DNA of 64,000 nt, from assembly GCA_002633005.1 (NCBI GenBank), contig NMRA01000055.1:986282-1050281 (forward strand). Direction: 5' to 3'. The notes under the pieces are model-generated. The model saw only the letters and a program-made list of their open reading frames with translations, ran no database searches and was not told the origin of the DNA. The position numbers and the translations under genes were made by a program. Below, one piece after another: positions 13,601 through 26,857 of the stretch; positions within the stretch are counted from its first letter, which is position 1; every line of letters starts with the position of its first letter. This DNA is from Phoronis australis. Taxonomy: Eukaryota > Animalia > Phoronida.

Positions 13601-16600
13601 ATGTATTGGTTATGCTCCAGTGTCATACCTTACAGCCAGCAGTCGCGGGTCCAAGCAGTGCCCACCAGCTCAACAGGTGATGACTTCAAGAGCGCCCCTG
13701 TTTTCAAAGAAATAGCCAAAGCATTGGAGGCGGACGGAGAAAAGTTGGCCAAGAAAATGAAAGGTATGGGCTCTGGTGTGGTAATAATCGTCGCCATTAT
13801 CATCATCATCACCATCACCTTTACCACCATCACCATCATCACCACCACGATCATCAGTATCACAATAACCATAGTTGCCATGAACGTCATCACTATCATC
13901 ATCATCGTCACTATCATCATCATCATCACTATCATGATCATATTTAGGACTGCAAAACAATTTGTCTCAGCATCTTGCTTTCTCAAATGAGAAGTGATTT
14001 TTGGGTTTGCAAAGACCAGACAGTTTGTTATTTCGGAAGAACATGCTCTGCACATAAAATGCCACACCATGACAAGCCACCTTGTGGAGTTTGATCTCAA
14101 ACAATAACAAACTGTCAGTTTTTTGAAAGCCCCGAAATCACTTTATTGTCACAAAGGAACAATTGGAAACAGATTTCGTTACGCTAACTCGTCCAAAACG
14201 AAAGTTCTGTATGGAAATATGGGAAATAGCTGCTCAATCTAATATGTTCTAAACATTGTTTGTGGGTTTGTTTTGATCAGTAACATTTGCTTGGCTGCTT
14301 TGTTATCTGTGCAGCTATTTACTGCTTCAAAGTGACGAATGGACCGGGTGGGAAGGACGCTGTCTGGGTTGTGGATGTGAAGACTGGTAATGGTGCTGTC
14401 CGCTACGGTGACACTAAGAGTAAGTGTTAAAGATATGGCTAAACTTTGGCAGAATCATGTAACACTAAAGGTTGTCGACTTTTCAATTTATTTACAAAGC
14501 TATGGAATTAAACTCCGTAACAGTATGTAGAAAACCTGTATGAGTTGATATGCAATTCCAACTTTATACCAATCTTCTAGGGTCACGTGACCATGATATT
14601 TAAGTAATATTAGAAAAAAGGCACATCCTTACCAAAACAATAGTATCAATACAACGACCGAATTTCTTTTGATATAAATATTCAAGAGAAAATATAAAAA
14701 ATGCTGTTACATTTTTTTTTAATTCTCATTTTGTTTTATGCAGATTTTGGGTTTTTGAATTGATAAGAATGATGAAATACCTGTTTTTTGATAGCCGCTT
14801 GTGCAAAAGCGAAAAATTTAAAAATTAATTCCTAATACTGAGTTTGAGAACAGTACACGTATTATAGCTGTGTAGGTTAAAGTTGCGTATGAATCTGATA
14901 AGCTATTTCTGAGATACGATGTTCAGAATTTTGTCAAGTTTGGAAATTTCCAGAGGGTCCTACATAACTTAAATCAGTTGACAATAATTGAATAAATGAG
15001 GGTAGGGTAAAGAAACGGTCCAAGGGAGTAGGAGAGAAAGGGGAGTGAGAGAAGGATTTCAGGATGTGGCCATTGTTTAGTATTAACTACAGCTCTTAAG
15101 AAATCTAGGTATTGTCTTGATAGTCGAAGAAGGCTCTTTCACTATAGTGATGCGTACTTTTGTGTTGCCAATGTGGGCTCTTTTTCATTAGTTTTTTATT
15201 AGTTTATGCAGGTTTTTATCAGTTACGGTATTGAAATAGTTATTTCAATATTCAAAATTGGGTATTGAAATCGATAGGGATTCTATTTATGGGATATTTT
15301 GTGGTTGAAATGAGAATATGTGTGGACTAGGTGTTGATATACATGGCTCTTTCCCAAATCCTTGCTGTTGAATTGTGGGTACTCTCTTTACACTGTGGAG
15401 GCACGTCCCTGCCCTTTATGTTTACAATAATTCTTGGTTATGAGTTAAGCTAATGATCAGCATGTTTTGTTATTTTCAGCTAAGGCCGACTGTACAATCA
15501 CAATGAAGGATGAAGACCTTTTGAAAATGATGACTGGGAAACTGAACTCACAGAAGGTGAGTGGACGAGTCTCAGAAGTGGCAGCATCACCAGTCGTGGT
15601 CATAGAGATATACACAGACACACACAGAGACACACATGCACAGACAGGCACATAGACACACACACGCACGCACGCACACACGCACACACACACACACACT
15701 CATACACAGCAATTGAAAGTTATAAATAGCCGTGAAATCACGTGGCGCCATGTTGTTGTGTGGAAGTTCACTGTCAATCAGCGTGACTAGATGGAGGTAT
15801 TGTGGATACCAAAACTACAATTAAAATTATTTGCATAATACGAGGAGTTTAATTAACAACATCTCGAAGTGATATCTTTGGAAAGAATACAAAAATACAT
15901 GCATTTTGGTGTCTATTCCATCAAACTTGATCCAACATTAAGAGACTTAGCCATCAACTGGCACAATACAATCAGTTTCTTACAACAAAATGACAACCCT
16001 GCATCCACATTCCTAGTCACGTGATAGTCGATCTGTCTCTATAACTGTGGTTGTAGTAGTTATGTAGTAGTGCGAAATGACGATGGTCTGGCGAGAGACC
16101 AAAAATGTCAGGAGTCTTTATTTATGGAATACTCTTTAAGTACTTGGTATACGAACCATTTTATGATTGAACTTTTAAAGCAGCTTCTAAATCTGCCTTC
16201 TGTCAGAGCACATACTTTTGTTTCATTGGTGGGTGTGAAATTAGTCTCAATTTGTTCTTCACTCAATAGAGGTCATGTCTGTGCTTTAAAAGAACTGACA
16301 GATTGTTGTAGCATGTGACCAGACTCAGCAAGCTGGCTTGTTAAGGTGGGTCATTGGGTTATTGAAGCCCAGAGACCCTTCTCATCAGAATAACAAGAAC
16401 AAGTAGAGACCTGTATTATGGTGGTTAGGGGTCAAGTCAAAATGTCTTTTCTTTGACGGCAATGCAGGATTAAAGCAGCTTTGATTTCTAATTGGTAATA
16501 ATTGGCTTGGAATTTTCCTCTTTTAAGAGGTTTTCTTCTTTTTTGGTTTTGGTTTCCTTTTATTTGATTTCCATTTTCCTCTTTTTCGTCTCCTTTTTCA

Positions 16601-17097
16601 TCGTAATTTTGACTTTATTCATACAAAAACGTTTATTTCTGTTAGATTATACTTCACATAAAATATTTCTGTCACACAAGCCTACTTATTTGCATAACGG
16701 TACATCACCAGAAAAAATTTCCTCTTTTTTTGTCTTTGGTCATTCCAAGTCCTGAATAATAGACCCCTTGTGGGTTTCCCTAGTGAGCACTGGAAGTGGG
16801 ACGAAATGGCCGTTTCACAGCATGACCTTGTATAGGACTGCAGTCATGCATTTACATAACTGCCACAATGCCTTAAAAGCTTGAGGTGAATTTCCAATTG
16901 GAAGTAGTAGGTTACCGCTACAATGTCAAGGGAAGTAGGACAAAACCCAAAAATCCACCTTTCTTCTTATTTTGTAAAAATTGTCGTTTGTTGTTTTTTA
17001 GGCATTCTTCCAAGGCAAACTGAAGATATCCGGCAACATGGGTCTAGCCATGAAACTGTCAGAGTTCCAACCCAAATCCGGAAAGTCTAAACTATAG
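1649..17097 (+). CDS. SCP2: Sterol carrier protein X / non-specific lipid-transfer protein (SCPx thiolase + SCP2 domain), spliced, 5'-partial
   Basis: 15 GT-AG exons with consistent phases: 1649-1706, 2633-2704, 3039-3103, 5420-5548, 6544-6670, 7155-7218, 7688-7774, 8507-8657, 9132-9279, 11214-11321, 12750-12903, 13636-13763, 14315-14419, 15480-15556, 17002-17097 (1569 nt, 522 aa + TAG). Motifs: [23 protein letters not shown], catalytic [33 protein letters not shown]; SCP2 domain ADCTITM...[19 protein letters not shown]; C-terminal PTS1 SKL. The start exon was not found in the window. Confidence 0.96.
2326..2430. mobile_element. Small palindromic MITE-like repeat (second, inverted copy at about 7968-8068)
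   Basis: The core GAGAACCATTTTTGTCCATTGAATAACGGGCATCAAACTGGTTC recurs in reverse complement near 7997-8040. Both copies have imperfect inverted ends. Confidence 0.55.
3238..4329 (+). mobile_element. Non-autonomous Helentron-associated (HINE/DINE-1/CvA-like) element
   Basis: T-rich 5' end; subterminal repeat ATGCGCCCACA with an adjacent inverted copy; (GTCC)n microsatellite at about 3289-3316; diverged tandem units of about 150 bp; 3' subterminal inverted copy TGTGGGCGCAT (4293-4303); hairpin CAACGC-TCC-GCGTTG (4306-4320) followed by a T-rich end. Confidence 0.75.
7968..8068. mobile_element. Small palindromic MITE-like repeat (inverted relative of 2326-2430)
   Basis: TTTTGAGAACCAGTTT...AAACTGGTTCTCAAAA internal inverted repeat; similar to the reverse complement of 2326-2430. 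Confidence 0.55.
9557..10818. mobile_element. Non-autonomous TIR DNA transposon with long TIRs and internal GC-rich tandem repeats (spans an N gap)
   Basis: Near-perfect TIRs of about 65 bp starting CAGCACACATCACGAATTTTTGGCCGACCGGTCGGAAATTGGTCGACG, flanked by TA on both sides; internal AGCCGACC-containing units of about 12 bp; gap at 9733-10609. Confidence 0.8.
11078..11098. repeat. (TG)n microsatellite
   Basis: Direct reading of the sequence. Confidence 0.9.
13793..13940. repeat. Imperfect (CAT/CAC)n trinucleotide microsatellite in an SCPx intron
   Basis: Run of CATCATCATCACCATCACC... just after the donor at 13763. Confidence 0.9.
15612..15708. repeat. Imperfect (CA)n microsatellite
   Basis: Direct reading of the sequence. 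Confidence 0.9.
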
Positions 17098-18041
17098 AGG
17101 GAGTGGTAGTCAAGAGAGACAGCCAATGGAAGACTTTGGTGGAGCTTTAGTGACTAGTCATGAACAACTGAGGACCTCTGTTGTCTTCCAGCAGATGGAG
17201 AAACAGTTTCTGTTTCAGACAAGAGACTCACGTTGTTAGTCACATCTGCTATGGAAATAACGTTATTTAGTTTGTTAGTATTTTGTGAGCATAAATAATG
17301 AAATGAATTGCAGAATGGTCTATGTTTCAATGAAGTGCTTATCTATTTTACTAATTTATGAGAATTTCAGTGCTTGTTACATTGCACTGGATACAAGGTT
17401 ATACTTTTCTGTTATTTTAATCACAAGTGTGTAATTTTGTATTTTTGCTTACATACATGCTTTCTTCAATAGTAAATGCCGTGGATAGTCGCATTATATC
17501 TTCCCGATTAGCATTTTTGTACACTGTAGGCCTAATTCACAGTATTTTCAAGGTCCAGCACTCTCCTTCAGCTGGGCGTTATCATTTCTTAGGGCATCCA
17601 CATTTCCGCTTAAATCTTTGACTCGGGACCTCATTTCTTCAATTAAGTCTTGTTACAGCTTACCAGTAATACTATTTAACTCGACTTACTGTGAGAGTTC
17701 TCAATTTTACGAGGCGAAAACAAAATGGCGCATGCTATTCGACTACAGAGACACCCAGTGGCCTTTTTGTTCATGGTGGAGCAGAGTTAGAACATATGTT
17801 AGTTAACAAAAACCACTTGAATTGTGACTAGTAAATATAATTTGAGCTGATTATTGATTCTGTATTGACTAACTTCAGACGTGCGTTTTATTGCGCATTT
17901 AATTTTGTGCCTTCTGCTCATTTATTTTGTGTTATTTCATTAAGTGATGCATTTCTACATATTCTTTGTTTGCCATGGCATGTACATGTACATGTAGACA
18001 TTAAAAAATTACAGTCCTTAACACTATTGAGAAGACACTGA

Positions 18042-18047
18042 AATAAA
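18042..18047 (+). terminator. Candidate polyadenylation signal of SCPx
   Basis: AATAAA about 950 nt after the stop codon, followed by T/GT-rich sequence; no transcript evidence. Confidence 0.35.
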
Positions 18048-21000
18048 ATTTTGGCAGAAGACAGAGGTTCAATTTATCTATCTGTGTATTTACCAGTACA
18101 TTTGACTGAAATTAATCGATAATTGTATTTGTTATTGATGCAAAACTGTTCAGATTCGCATTTAAGTTGTACTTCAGGTTATTCAAAAGTCACACGGGAC
18201 AGTTGTCATGGTTACTTGCATTCAATCATAAGTCATTGATCATACTATATGTAATTGTCATAATCTGTTATTAAAATTTGCATTTATTGAGGAATAAATG
18301 TTATGTCTGAACTGTTATAATCCTTCATCATGAAAATGTTTCTTGTACAAGCTTGTGCCATATTGAACTTCTCTGATGTTCCCAAGAACAGTGAAAAGCG
18401 CCAGAGCGTGGTCAAATACTGAACTGTCACAACCACCCCAAATGCAACTTCACAACATTGTTTATTATACCACAACGCACCAAACACAAAGGAGGGTGAC
18501 TAATACTGTTAATGGTTCTCATGACTGTCGTACATCGCCAAAAAATGATGGTAACTTGAAATCAGCTGATTAACATATCGTCAACTAGTGTTTGTCTGGT
18601 CTGACGTCTGATCGACTGGTGGAGTTTTGATTTGAAATTGCTGATTTTAAGCACTTGAAACAATGGCAGGTTTTAGTATGAGACTGTCTCTGCTCATCTG
18701 GCATAAACTTATTGTCTGGGAAGACAGAGGCGCCCGGAAGGACAGCGAGCTTCCGAGACGGTTGCCAAGAGGTAACGTTTTAGTACTTGAAACAGGGACC
18801 TCAGCCGAGGATTACGGTTTTGTTAACCCGTTACTGCACTGAATACGAGGCAGGGCTCCACAGAATAGTTGAAACCCATTCTTTTGGCTTCCGGAAAACT
18901 TGTTCTTTCATTTTGATATGCACGTGAACGGTTTCGCGTTTGAGGGTGGAGAAGAACTTCTTCGAATATGCCAAAAGTTGTGCGCGATCGAAATTATCTT
19001 AGGTTTTGTATGATTTACATACATTAAAAAAGAATACTGGGGAACCATGTGTATTTGCACGGTGTCTATAAAGTGTCACGCGCTTTTAAAGTGATACTAA
19101 TTAACCCTCTTTTGAGGATTTCAACCAATCCTCATGTCACTTGCTAATGCATCATTGGCGTCAATCTTGCAATTTAAAGACAAGAATCTAACTAAAAACT
19201 CCTATTCTCTAGCTCAAAATTGGATACTATGGTCCTTGGCGTATCGTCTTTTCCAACAGTTGCCGTGTAATTCGCTAGAAGCGTAGGCCAAGCTTGCCCG
19301 TTTAGCATACTTTGAACGGAATTTTCAATTTTCCTCCAAACATTTGAGGGTTGGCGAAGGTTACAGGGTATTATTTTGTTTCAGAGAACTCTATTATGGG
19401 AAAGTCGTTTTTAGTATCTGTTAATAGGCCAAGAAAACAGAGTTTGGTATCATTTTCAGTGCTATCGCACGGTTAGTTGGATTTTCTGGAATTCTGTTCT
19501 TTGACAAACACACACTGCCTACCAAAAATAGAACGATGACAACTAAAAACAACTTTGACATTCTTCTGAATTTCCTAAGCAAATCGATTCCCTAAAATGC
19601 CATCATTTCAGGCATGTTTATACGGTTATTACAAACATGTAGTGAGTTATTTGTTGTTTTAATGCATTTCATGGCAGCCGGTTATTTTATTTCTACAAGG
19701 ACGTTTGTCTTCTAAATAAATTTATGAATGTATTCAATTTTATTTTCTTTTGCTTTTCAGGGCTTTCTAAATTTTGCAGTACAGGTACATTAAAAATCTA
19801 AAATTTCTGAAACTTGTAACGCAATCCATTATTCTTAACGTCACCGTTTATTTTGAAAGATTTGTTTCGTCGATGTTGCTGAGTAACGCATTACGTCACA
19901 GCTTTGTTCTTTCAATTTGTTTTTGGCAACACGCCTCACAACACCTTCGGCCATCAAGCAGTCAAGACGTGTTTGGTGATCGCTCTGGACATGCGATTCG
20001 CAATGCGCATGCTCAGCTGACGTGGTCGTTACCGGGACGACGCCTTCCTCTATGTGTAGGTTAGCAACTGGTTGTCTAGTAATCTATAGTTAAACAATGT
20101 ATTGTTCCTTCACCAACAACTTATCTGGCAACAAGGGACAAATATATAAGTGTAGGTCAAAGTGGTCAGACTGTCTGCTCTTCCTGTATTGCCCCGTAAC
20201 TTTGTCAGTAACACATGCTTACATTTTTTTGTAGGTCTTCAATGAGCGAGCCAACAAAATGAAGGAGAAGCCATCCGGCTTTCCTATATTGCAAAAATTT
20301 GACTCGCTCAAAAGACGCTAAGAGAGTACAGCCTGGACTATTCGAGTTAGACGGAGACGGTAACTCCGAGCTGTACTGGTAACAGCTACACCTAGTCGTC
20401 TCGTAAAGTACCGAGGAGAGGAACGCAAGAAACCAGTACGAATGTACGCGAGATGTCAGTTGAACGCGATCGACAAATCCAATGATAGCGTATTTCACAA
20501 GCCGATTTGTCATCGTACAAAAGGGAAGTAATGGTCTCCAGAGATCTTTGCATTTTCAAACTTGAAATGAACGACCATTAGATAATATACGGTTGTGTGA
20601 CCATACTACACCCAATAAAGCACGTGACTGTTGACGTGCAGGTCACAGTACCTGTAGAGTTACATATCGTTTTGACTGTTGATAGACAACGCACGACAGC
20701 AAAACACTGTGAATGCTCAGATACATGTGTACCTATGCTTCAGTCGAATACAAGAACCCTGGACTTTCTGTGCGAGCAGTACGTAACGAAGCATTACAGA
20801 TGCCAGTGTTCGTTGCCATCTTTAAAGACCGACCACTACTTCCTCCTTGAAGAAGAATTATCGCGTCATCCTCTTCTCAATACGGACGGGATTCAGGTGG
20901 TACGTCGGGTATAGAGAACCTAATATGGCTTTCGTGTAATGTGGCACCGGGTTATCGCCCACGGCGAAACGTGATCATTTCACGCCCTTGTCGAAGTAGA

Positions 21001-24000
21001 GTGTCCATTTCATTCACTTCATAACAGGAGAAAACATTCGGTGAAACTTTATTACCATTAGAATACGTACAAGAAAGTTGAAATGGTGAAGAATGAAAAA
21101 ATGAACGGAACTTAAAAGATCTTGAAACGAGAGGTTCCAGTTCGATTCTTAATTGGAAACAGCAACCAATTACGTGAACAAAATGTGAACTCAAGAAGGG
21201 TGAATTGAAGTTATATAATTTTTATATTAATTATAAGCAAAGTTTAGAAGCGCTTTTAGTTATACACTTTTAAAGTTGTAACAAATGCTCAGTGGAAGAC
21301 GTTTTTAAATTTGCGATGCTCGATCATTCCTCAGTTGCGTCGACAGGCCTTGCGTGGTTAAATTTTGTTGATAAACTACCGTAGCACCATCTACATGCTT
21401 GGTGGTAATCAAAGTTGATGGACTGTGGACATCGTCTTATGGTCAAGAGACTGACTGCTACCTTCCGTGTACGAAATCGTCACGTGCACGGGGGAGGACC
21501 CTTTTAGACAGAAGACGGTCTAATTGTAAGTGGCGGATCAAAACATCACACTGCAGTCAGGAAACTCGCGATAACGTCTAAAAGTAAAACCTCCGAGTTG
21601 CATGTAAGAGAATTTGGGTAACTTTTAACTCTTCTTATTTGATATACATGTATATATATTATCTGAAATTACATTTTATTATTTACGTCACCTTAGCATT
21701 TATGTACATGTACAAGTGGTTTGTAAATAAATACTGCGAGAAAAACAACACATTCTGATACATTACACAGTTCGCGTATTTCCATTATGGTTCTCCAGTC
21801 ACAGAGTATTAGAGAATGACGCACTCCGGTAAATTTTTGGAGAACATCAAACGCCCTGAGAATCACTTGTTTTACTTAATCTACACGATTTTCACGTCAT
21901 CATGACGTGCGCTATCAAACTCATGCAAAGAAAATTTGGGCCTGGAAATAACCATGGAATACGTGCTTCTCCCTCTGCATAGACTGGAAGTTCAACGTCA
22001 CAGCAAAAGAGACATATAATGTGGGCGGCTTAATTTAGTTGGGGGCAGGGTAAATGTCAACGCCACGGACAACACCAGAGGATCACCTCCGACAGGTGGC
22101 ACTTGTATCGCATAATATACTGTACTATTGAGCAAAAAGAAAAAGAGAGCTACAGTTGACTCCATCATTCCTTGACACAGAGTGTCCTTGAAAGAAATGA
22201 TATATTTTCGCATTCCATAATAATTGTCTTCTGAAGCAATTTGGCATAGAAAATCTATGCATAAGGAATTTCAGAGACTCGAAACATAACATATGAATGC
22301 GAGCACGTTTTCATGTGAGCTTAGAAGAAACATACCCTGGTTTTTTAACTGGGGGCTCCCTAATCAAAATGTTCTGACCAGGTCCCCAAAGGGCCAATCT
22401 AGCACTGGTAGTTGACAAGTGGTCGCTAAAAATTCTCTCTTCTCTTTACTCGACTGCTGCTGCCCTTCGCCGCACTAAGCCTGTGTAAGTGCGCTCGAAC
22501 GTTTCACTCTCTAACCTGTAAAACATACCCTACCGATGCTCCCCCAACTTCACGATTGGGAGGGGCGCTCAACTCCTCTGTATCCGCTTCCTACGCCAAT
22601 GAATCAAGTACCTTTTTGTTACAAAAATCCTAAAATCAGTCCATTAAGTCTTGCTCATAAATTTAGTCAGCGCGTGTGTTGCATCATTCCTCTTCAAAAG
22701 CAGTTCCTGCTGTTTCCTTGGATACTCTCTCCAGCCAAAATCCTTAGCTTATCCATTTGGGCTTCAACGCACCGCATATACATGTAGGCTATGGATTGCA
22801 ATTGCTGCATAACGCGCGGCTAGGTTCATACGAGTTGACCACTCGTTTAATTAGTAATCATTGCGGTCTTCGACTGAGTATAGTCGAACGCTGCTCTGAC
22901 TCCAGATTGCATTTTCTGCGTTTAAAAATGCCGAACATTGAAGTATTTGCGGACTTGTGCCTATGTCCGCACAACTTACAGTGATGAACTCAATAGTCAC
23001 AACTTACATGGGGGCATGATCTAATATTGTTATTAGAAACTGATTACGAAATTATTTCTTTAACATTTTTCATTCTAATCTGGTACGAAGTCAAGACAAA
23101 TGTCTATTACTTTGTGTTCGAATACATCATGGTTTACGAGAATGACTTTCTAATCCAATTTTATACTTGATGTCCCCAGGATTAAAACCTTTAAGTTCGA
23201 ATTGGAACTCGGAATTTGGAGTTTTTATTCGAAATCTCGTGTTTTTACTCGAGTTTGTAGCTCAGTTCCAAGGGTCACCAAGTGGAAATTTGCGCATCAT
23301 AGTGGTTTGCGTAATACGCATACTCAAGCACAGAATAATAGATAATTATCTTAAGTTCGTGTTAAAAGAATAACAACAAATAAATTTTCGAGCTCCAAGA
23401 ATTCTTCGTTGAAACCCGGTCGTGATTGGGCAACTCAACCAGTTTGTGCACAACAGAATCTGCCGATTCAGATCAAGAACACGACGCCTTTGTGGTTAAC
23501 TAAATAGCTTCAGGTTGCTGATGTTATCGCTCTCTAGATAATGAGACCCACCACAAACACACTGGGGACGACAATAGTATTTTTGAAGTTTCGTTTTGAA
23601 AGTTTGTAAATAACATATTTGAATAGTTCATGAAAAGCACGCGTGACTTTTTTAATTTTGAAAACAGGAAAGCGATATATATGGCTTTTACAACTTATAG
23701 CGTATGTTTAATATTGCAGTAATATGTTCCTCATTCATTCTGGGGTGTGTGCAACACATTTTACCCAATTACCGAACCACCAGGCAGCAGTTGGATTTTA
23801 AGGTAAGCCAAGTGTCATCGTTCAATTCTTGGCTCGAGAAATCGTTGTCAACTTATCTATAGAGAGAAGCTTTTATTTTTTTAATCACATAAAACATACA
23901 TTGTTATATGACTGGGTGGCCAGCAAAGGCACGGGCCGCTAATAAATTAAATCAAATAGATATTAACAATTAAAGTGCTTACAACAAAAATTTACTGAGT

Positions 24001-26789
24001 TTTGACAATTGACTACATACCTAGCATTATTAAACTTCTGTTTATAGGACTGCATGTCACAACCGTAAATTCAATATCTCAAAAACGAGAAATTTTCACT
24101 GAATATTTTAGCTCCACGGACATGAGTGTGTCGTATAAAGGTGCCCAGCGCCAATTTTTCACGTGAGTCAACGCCGCAGCGCGAGTTTCTTGTAGTAACT
24201 TGTGCCATATCCGGGCTTCTCTGGTGTCCCTCGAGAAAGTGAAGAGACACAGCGTAATCAAATACAATCGTCACAAACACAACTCCTCGCTATTGTTTAT
24301 TATTCCATAAACCCTGCACAAACGAGCAGCAATATCACACTAAACACAACTGAGGATGACTAAAGCTGTGACTTGTTTCGCGCTTCTACGTAGAGTAATA
24401 TGAACAGAACCACGAAATACTCATCACTAATCAGCATATCGTCAGACGCTGCTTGCGGGTCTTCAAATTTGACAGCTGGTCGATTGGTGTTGTTATTTTT
24501 TAATGTTTTGATATGAAATTGGTGATTTCAAGCTCTTGAAAAATCGTAATTTTTGTTAAGTGTGTGACACCAAAGTCATGCAAGTTAAAAAGGTGAGTCA
24601 GTACATACAACAGCGAGAGCTGATGAGTAAATAAACGTTATTCACGTATTCGGAGATGCTCACCATTTGCTTCAGAGAACTCAAGAAGTTGACTTTGGCA
24701 GACTCGGTGTACATGTAGTTGACGAGATGTGATGACTCCGGTGTGACCTTCAACTTGCCTTTCCTGCCTTTTTGGTAACTACCTTCTAGCGTTTGATGTC
24801 TTCGTCTGCATTACTTGCCCCTCGCCCTCTTTTCTCGCGTTATTGTCTTTGTCTTCTCTGTTCACCTTCATTTTCTTCTGTGCATCTAGTGTCGGGCCCA
24901 TAGACATCATAGGTGTGGGGGACTTCTTTACCTAAAACACGAACAGCAGGATTGTTGTGAAGACTGGAGAATATTCTATTCCAATGTTGTGAAGATATTT
25001 TCCCACATCATTCGCAATAAAAAATCATAACAGTTCACTTTGAAATGCCGAAACTATCCTGTTTCGTTTTGATTCTCCAATATTTTACTTTTGTACGGTT
25101 GTAATGGGTCAAGTGCGCCCGACATATAATATTTACTTTGCGTAATTTATCAAAACGAAATTAATAACTGTATTAATATACCTTTGTGAAATACAAATTA
25201 TTTTTATTACGAAGGTATTCAGTTACCTTAAAGTGACATTTCAAACTCGTTTGTCCTCATACTCACGGAGATTATGATTTGGATAAAAACTCTCGCCAAC
25301 TCGGCACACGTCATGCAAAGTCAAACCGAGCATGTCTACGTGACTTCTTTGCGCATGTTTCTGCCACTCAGCTTTGCAACACGTTAATTTTTAACACATG
25401 CTGAGATCTCGTCACCTGCGTGTCAGTTGTAAACTTTGATAAACTTTACCATTATATGGCATTAAAAGGTTATTTTCGATGTTTATCGATGTTTATCTAA
25501 ACTACGTCCGTTAAATAAAGTACATATAACTTTTGCTTAAGCAAAACGTGTTCACAATATTATTTCAAAAACTTCGCAAACTTCCAGGATTCTCCAAACG
25601 CCTGTAGCTTGTTGATAATACTATACTTTCCTATAAATCATTGGTTGGACTATTTTGTAAAAGGTCGAAAGTCGCATTCCATTTTCCAGTGTTTCTTTTT
25701 ATGTCGAACAAACTTACTGTGCCTAAAGTTTTACATATGAGCCATTTTCTTTAATTAGAACGTTTTAGCGAATTTGGTTGTACGCCAATATGTTTTGGAA
25801 AAAATCAAGTTAGAACTCGTTGACATGCTTAGTAAAGCCAGTCAAAGTTCATTTGAGGTGATCGATTATAATCAGTAGATAATTAGAGGCCGCACTTGAT
25901 TCACCTGACCGGTTCAGTCGGGTCCACCTGTTAAGGCATCTGAGACCGCATGCATGAAACAGTCCTAATAGGGAACTCATAATAAAGATAAAATGTTAAA
26001 CAATACTAAATAAACAAAGTCTACATATGTGCCGAAAATTTAAGGAACATGGTTGATCTCGGGAGAGTTAATTTTAAAGTGCAGCCATAGAATGTAACAA
26101 TGGAACAGCTTTTGATGACGTAACTAGCAACAAAAACAACAAAATTAATATCTATCCCCACGTACACACGCACGCATTATTTCGTTTTATTCCCTGGAAT
26201 ATTTATGTTCGACAAGGTTACAATGCCACTGGGCAGTTGCTGCACTGCAGGCAAGAGCTGCCACTAGGGGCTCTGCCGACGTGGGCAGACGATCAAATAT
26301 CATTTACTAAAGATGGAAAGTAAAAATACTATACACGAATATTAAACAAAAGATAGCAAATAAAATAAAAGACTAAGAACATGTAATTAAAACAACGTCA
26401 TATATGATCTGGAAAATAAGCAAATTTTGCGTGACAGTGGGAGACACGGCTTTACATGCTTAGTACGGTACAAATCAAAAAAGCTCAACCAAATGAACAT
26501 ATACAGCTTGAGGAAACAGATTGGTTGCCTCTTGATATTATAAGAATATCATTTGATTTCAAATATGTATTTTAAGTAAATTTTTGGTTTGGAATTCTTA
26601 ATACATAAAAGATGTCTTTTTAAATTCACGTGGCAACGGGAGACACGTGAGAAATAAACAACTGGTCCCTACTCAAGCATCCATGTTTTTTGGACCTTTC
26701 TAAAACAATTCGCCAAGTTTATTACATGCACTCTTTGATAACTTAGAGATACGCATCTGGATTCTTCAAAATTTTCACAACTCCGATGC

Positions 26790-26798
26790 TATATTAAG
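26790..26798 (+). promoter_or_regulatory. TATA-like box of the serine protease gene
   Basis: TATATTAAG about 65 nt upstream of the ATG at 26858, with an Inr-like AGTCA about 28 nt downstream of it. Confidence 0.5.
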
Positions 26799-26857
26799 GA
26801 GAACAAGTGAATTTTAAAGTCACTTCAAGCTAAGTCACCAGTTCCACTATTACGGGT

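Noticed and set aside
13764-13990. Hydrophobic Ile/Thr-rich 'transmembrane' tail of ORF 13535-13990 and the Asp- or Met-rich antisense ORFs
   Set aside because: These are translations of an intronic (CAT)n microsatellite after a good donor at 13763; the real frame continues at 14315.
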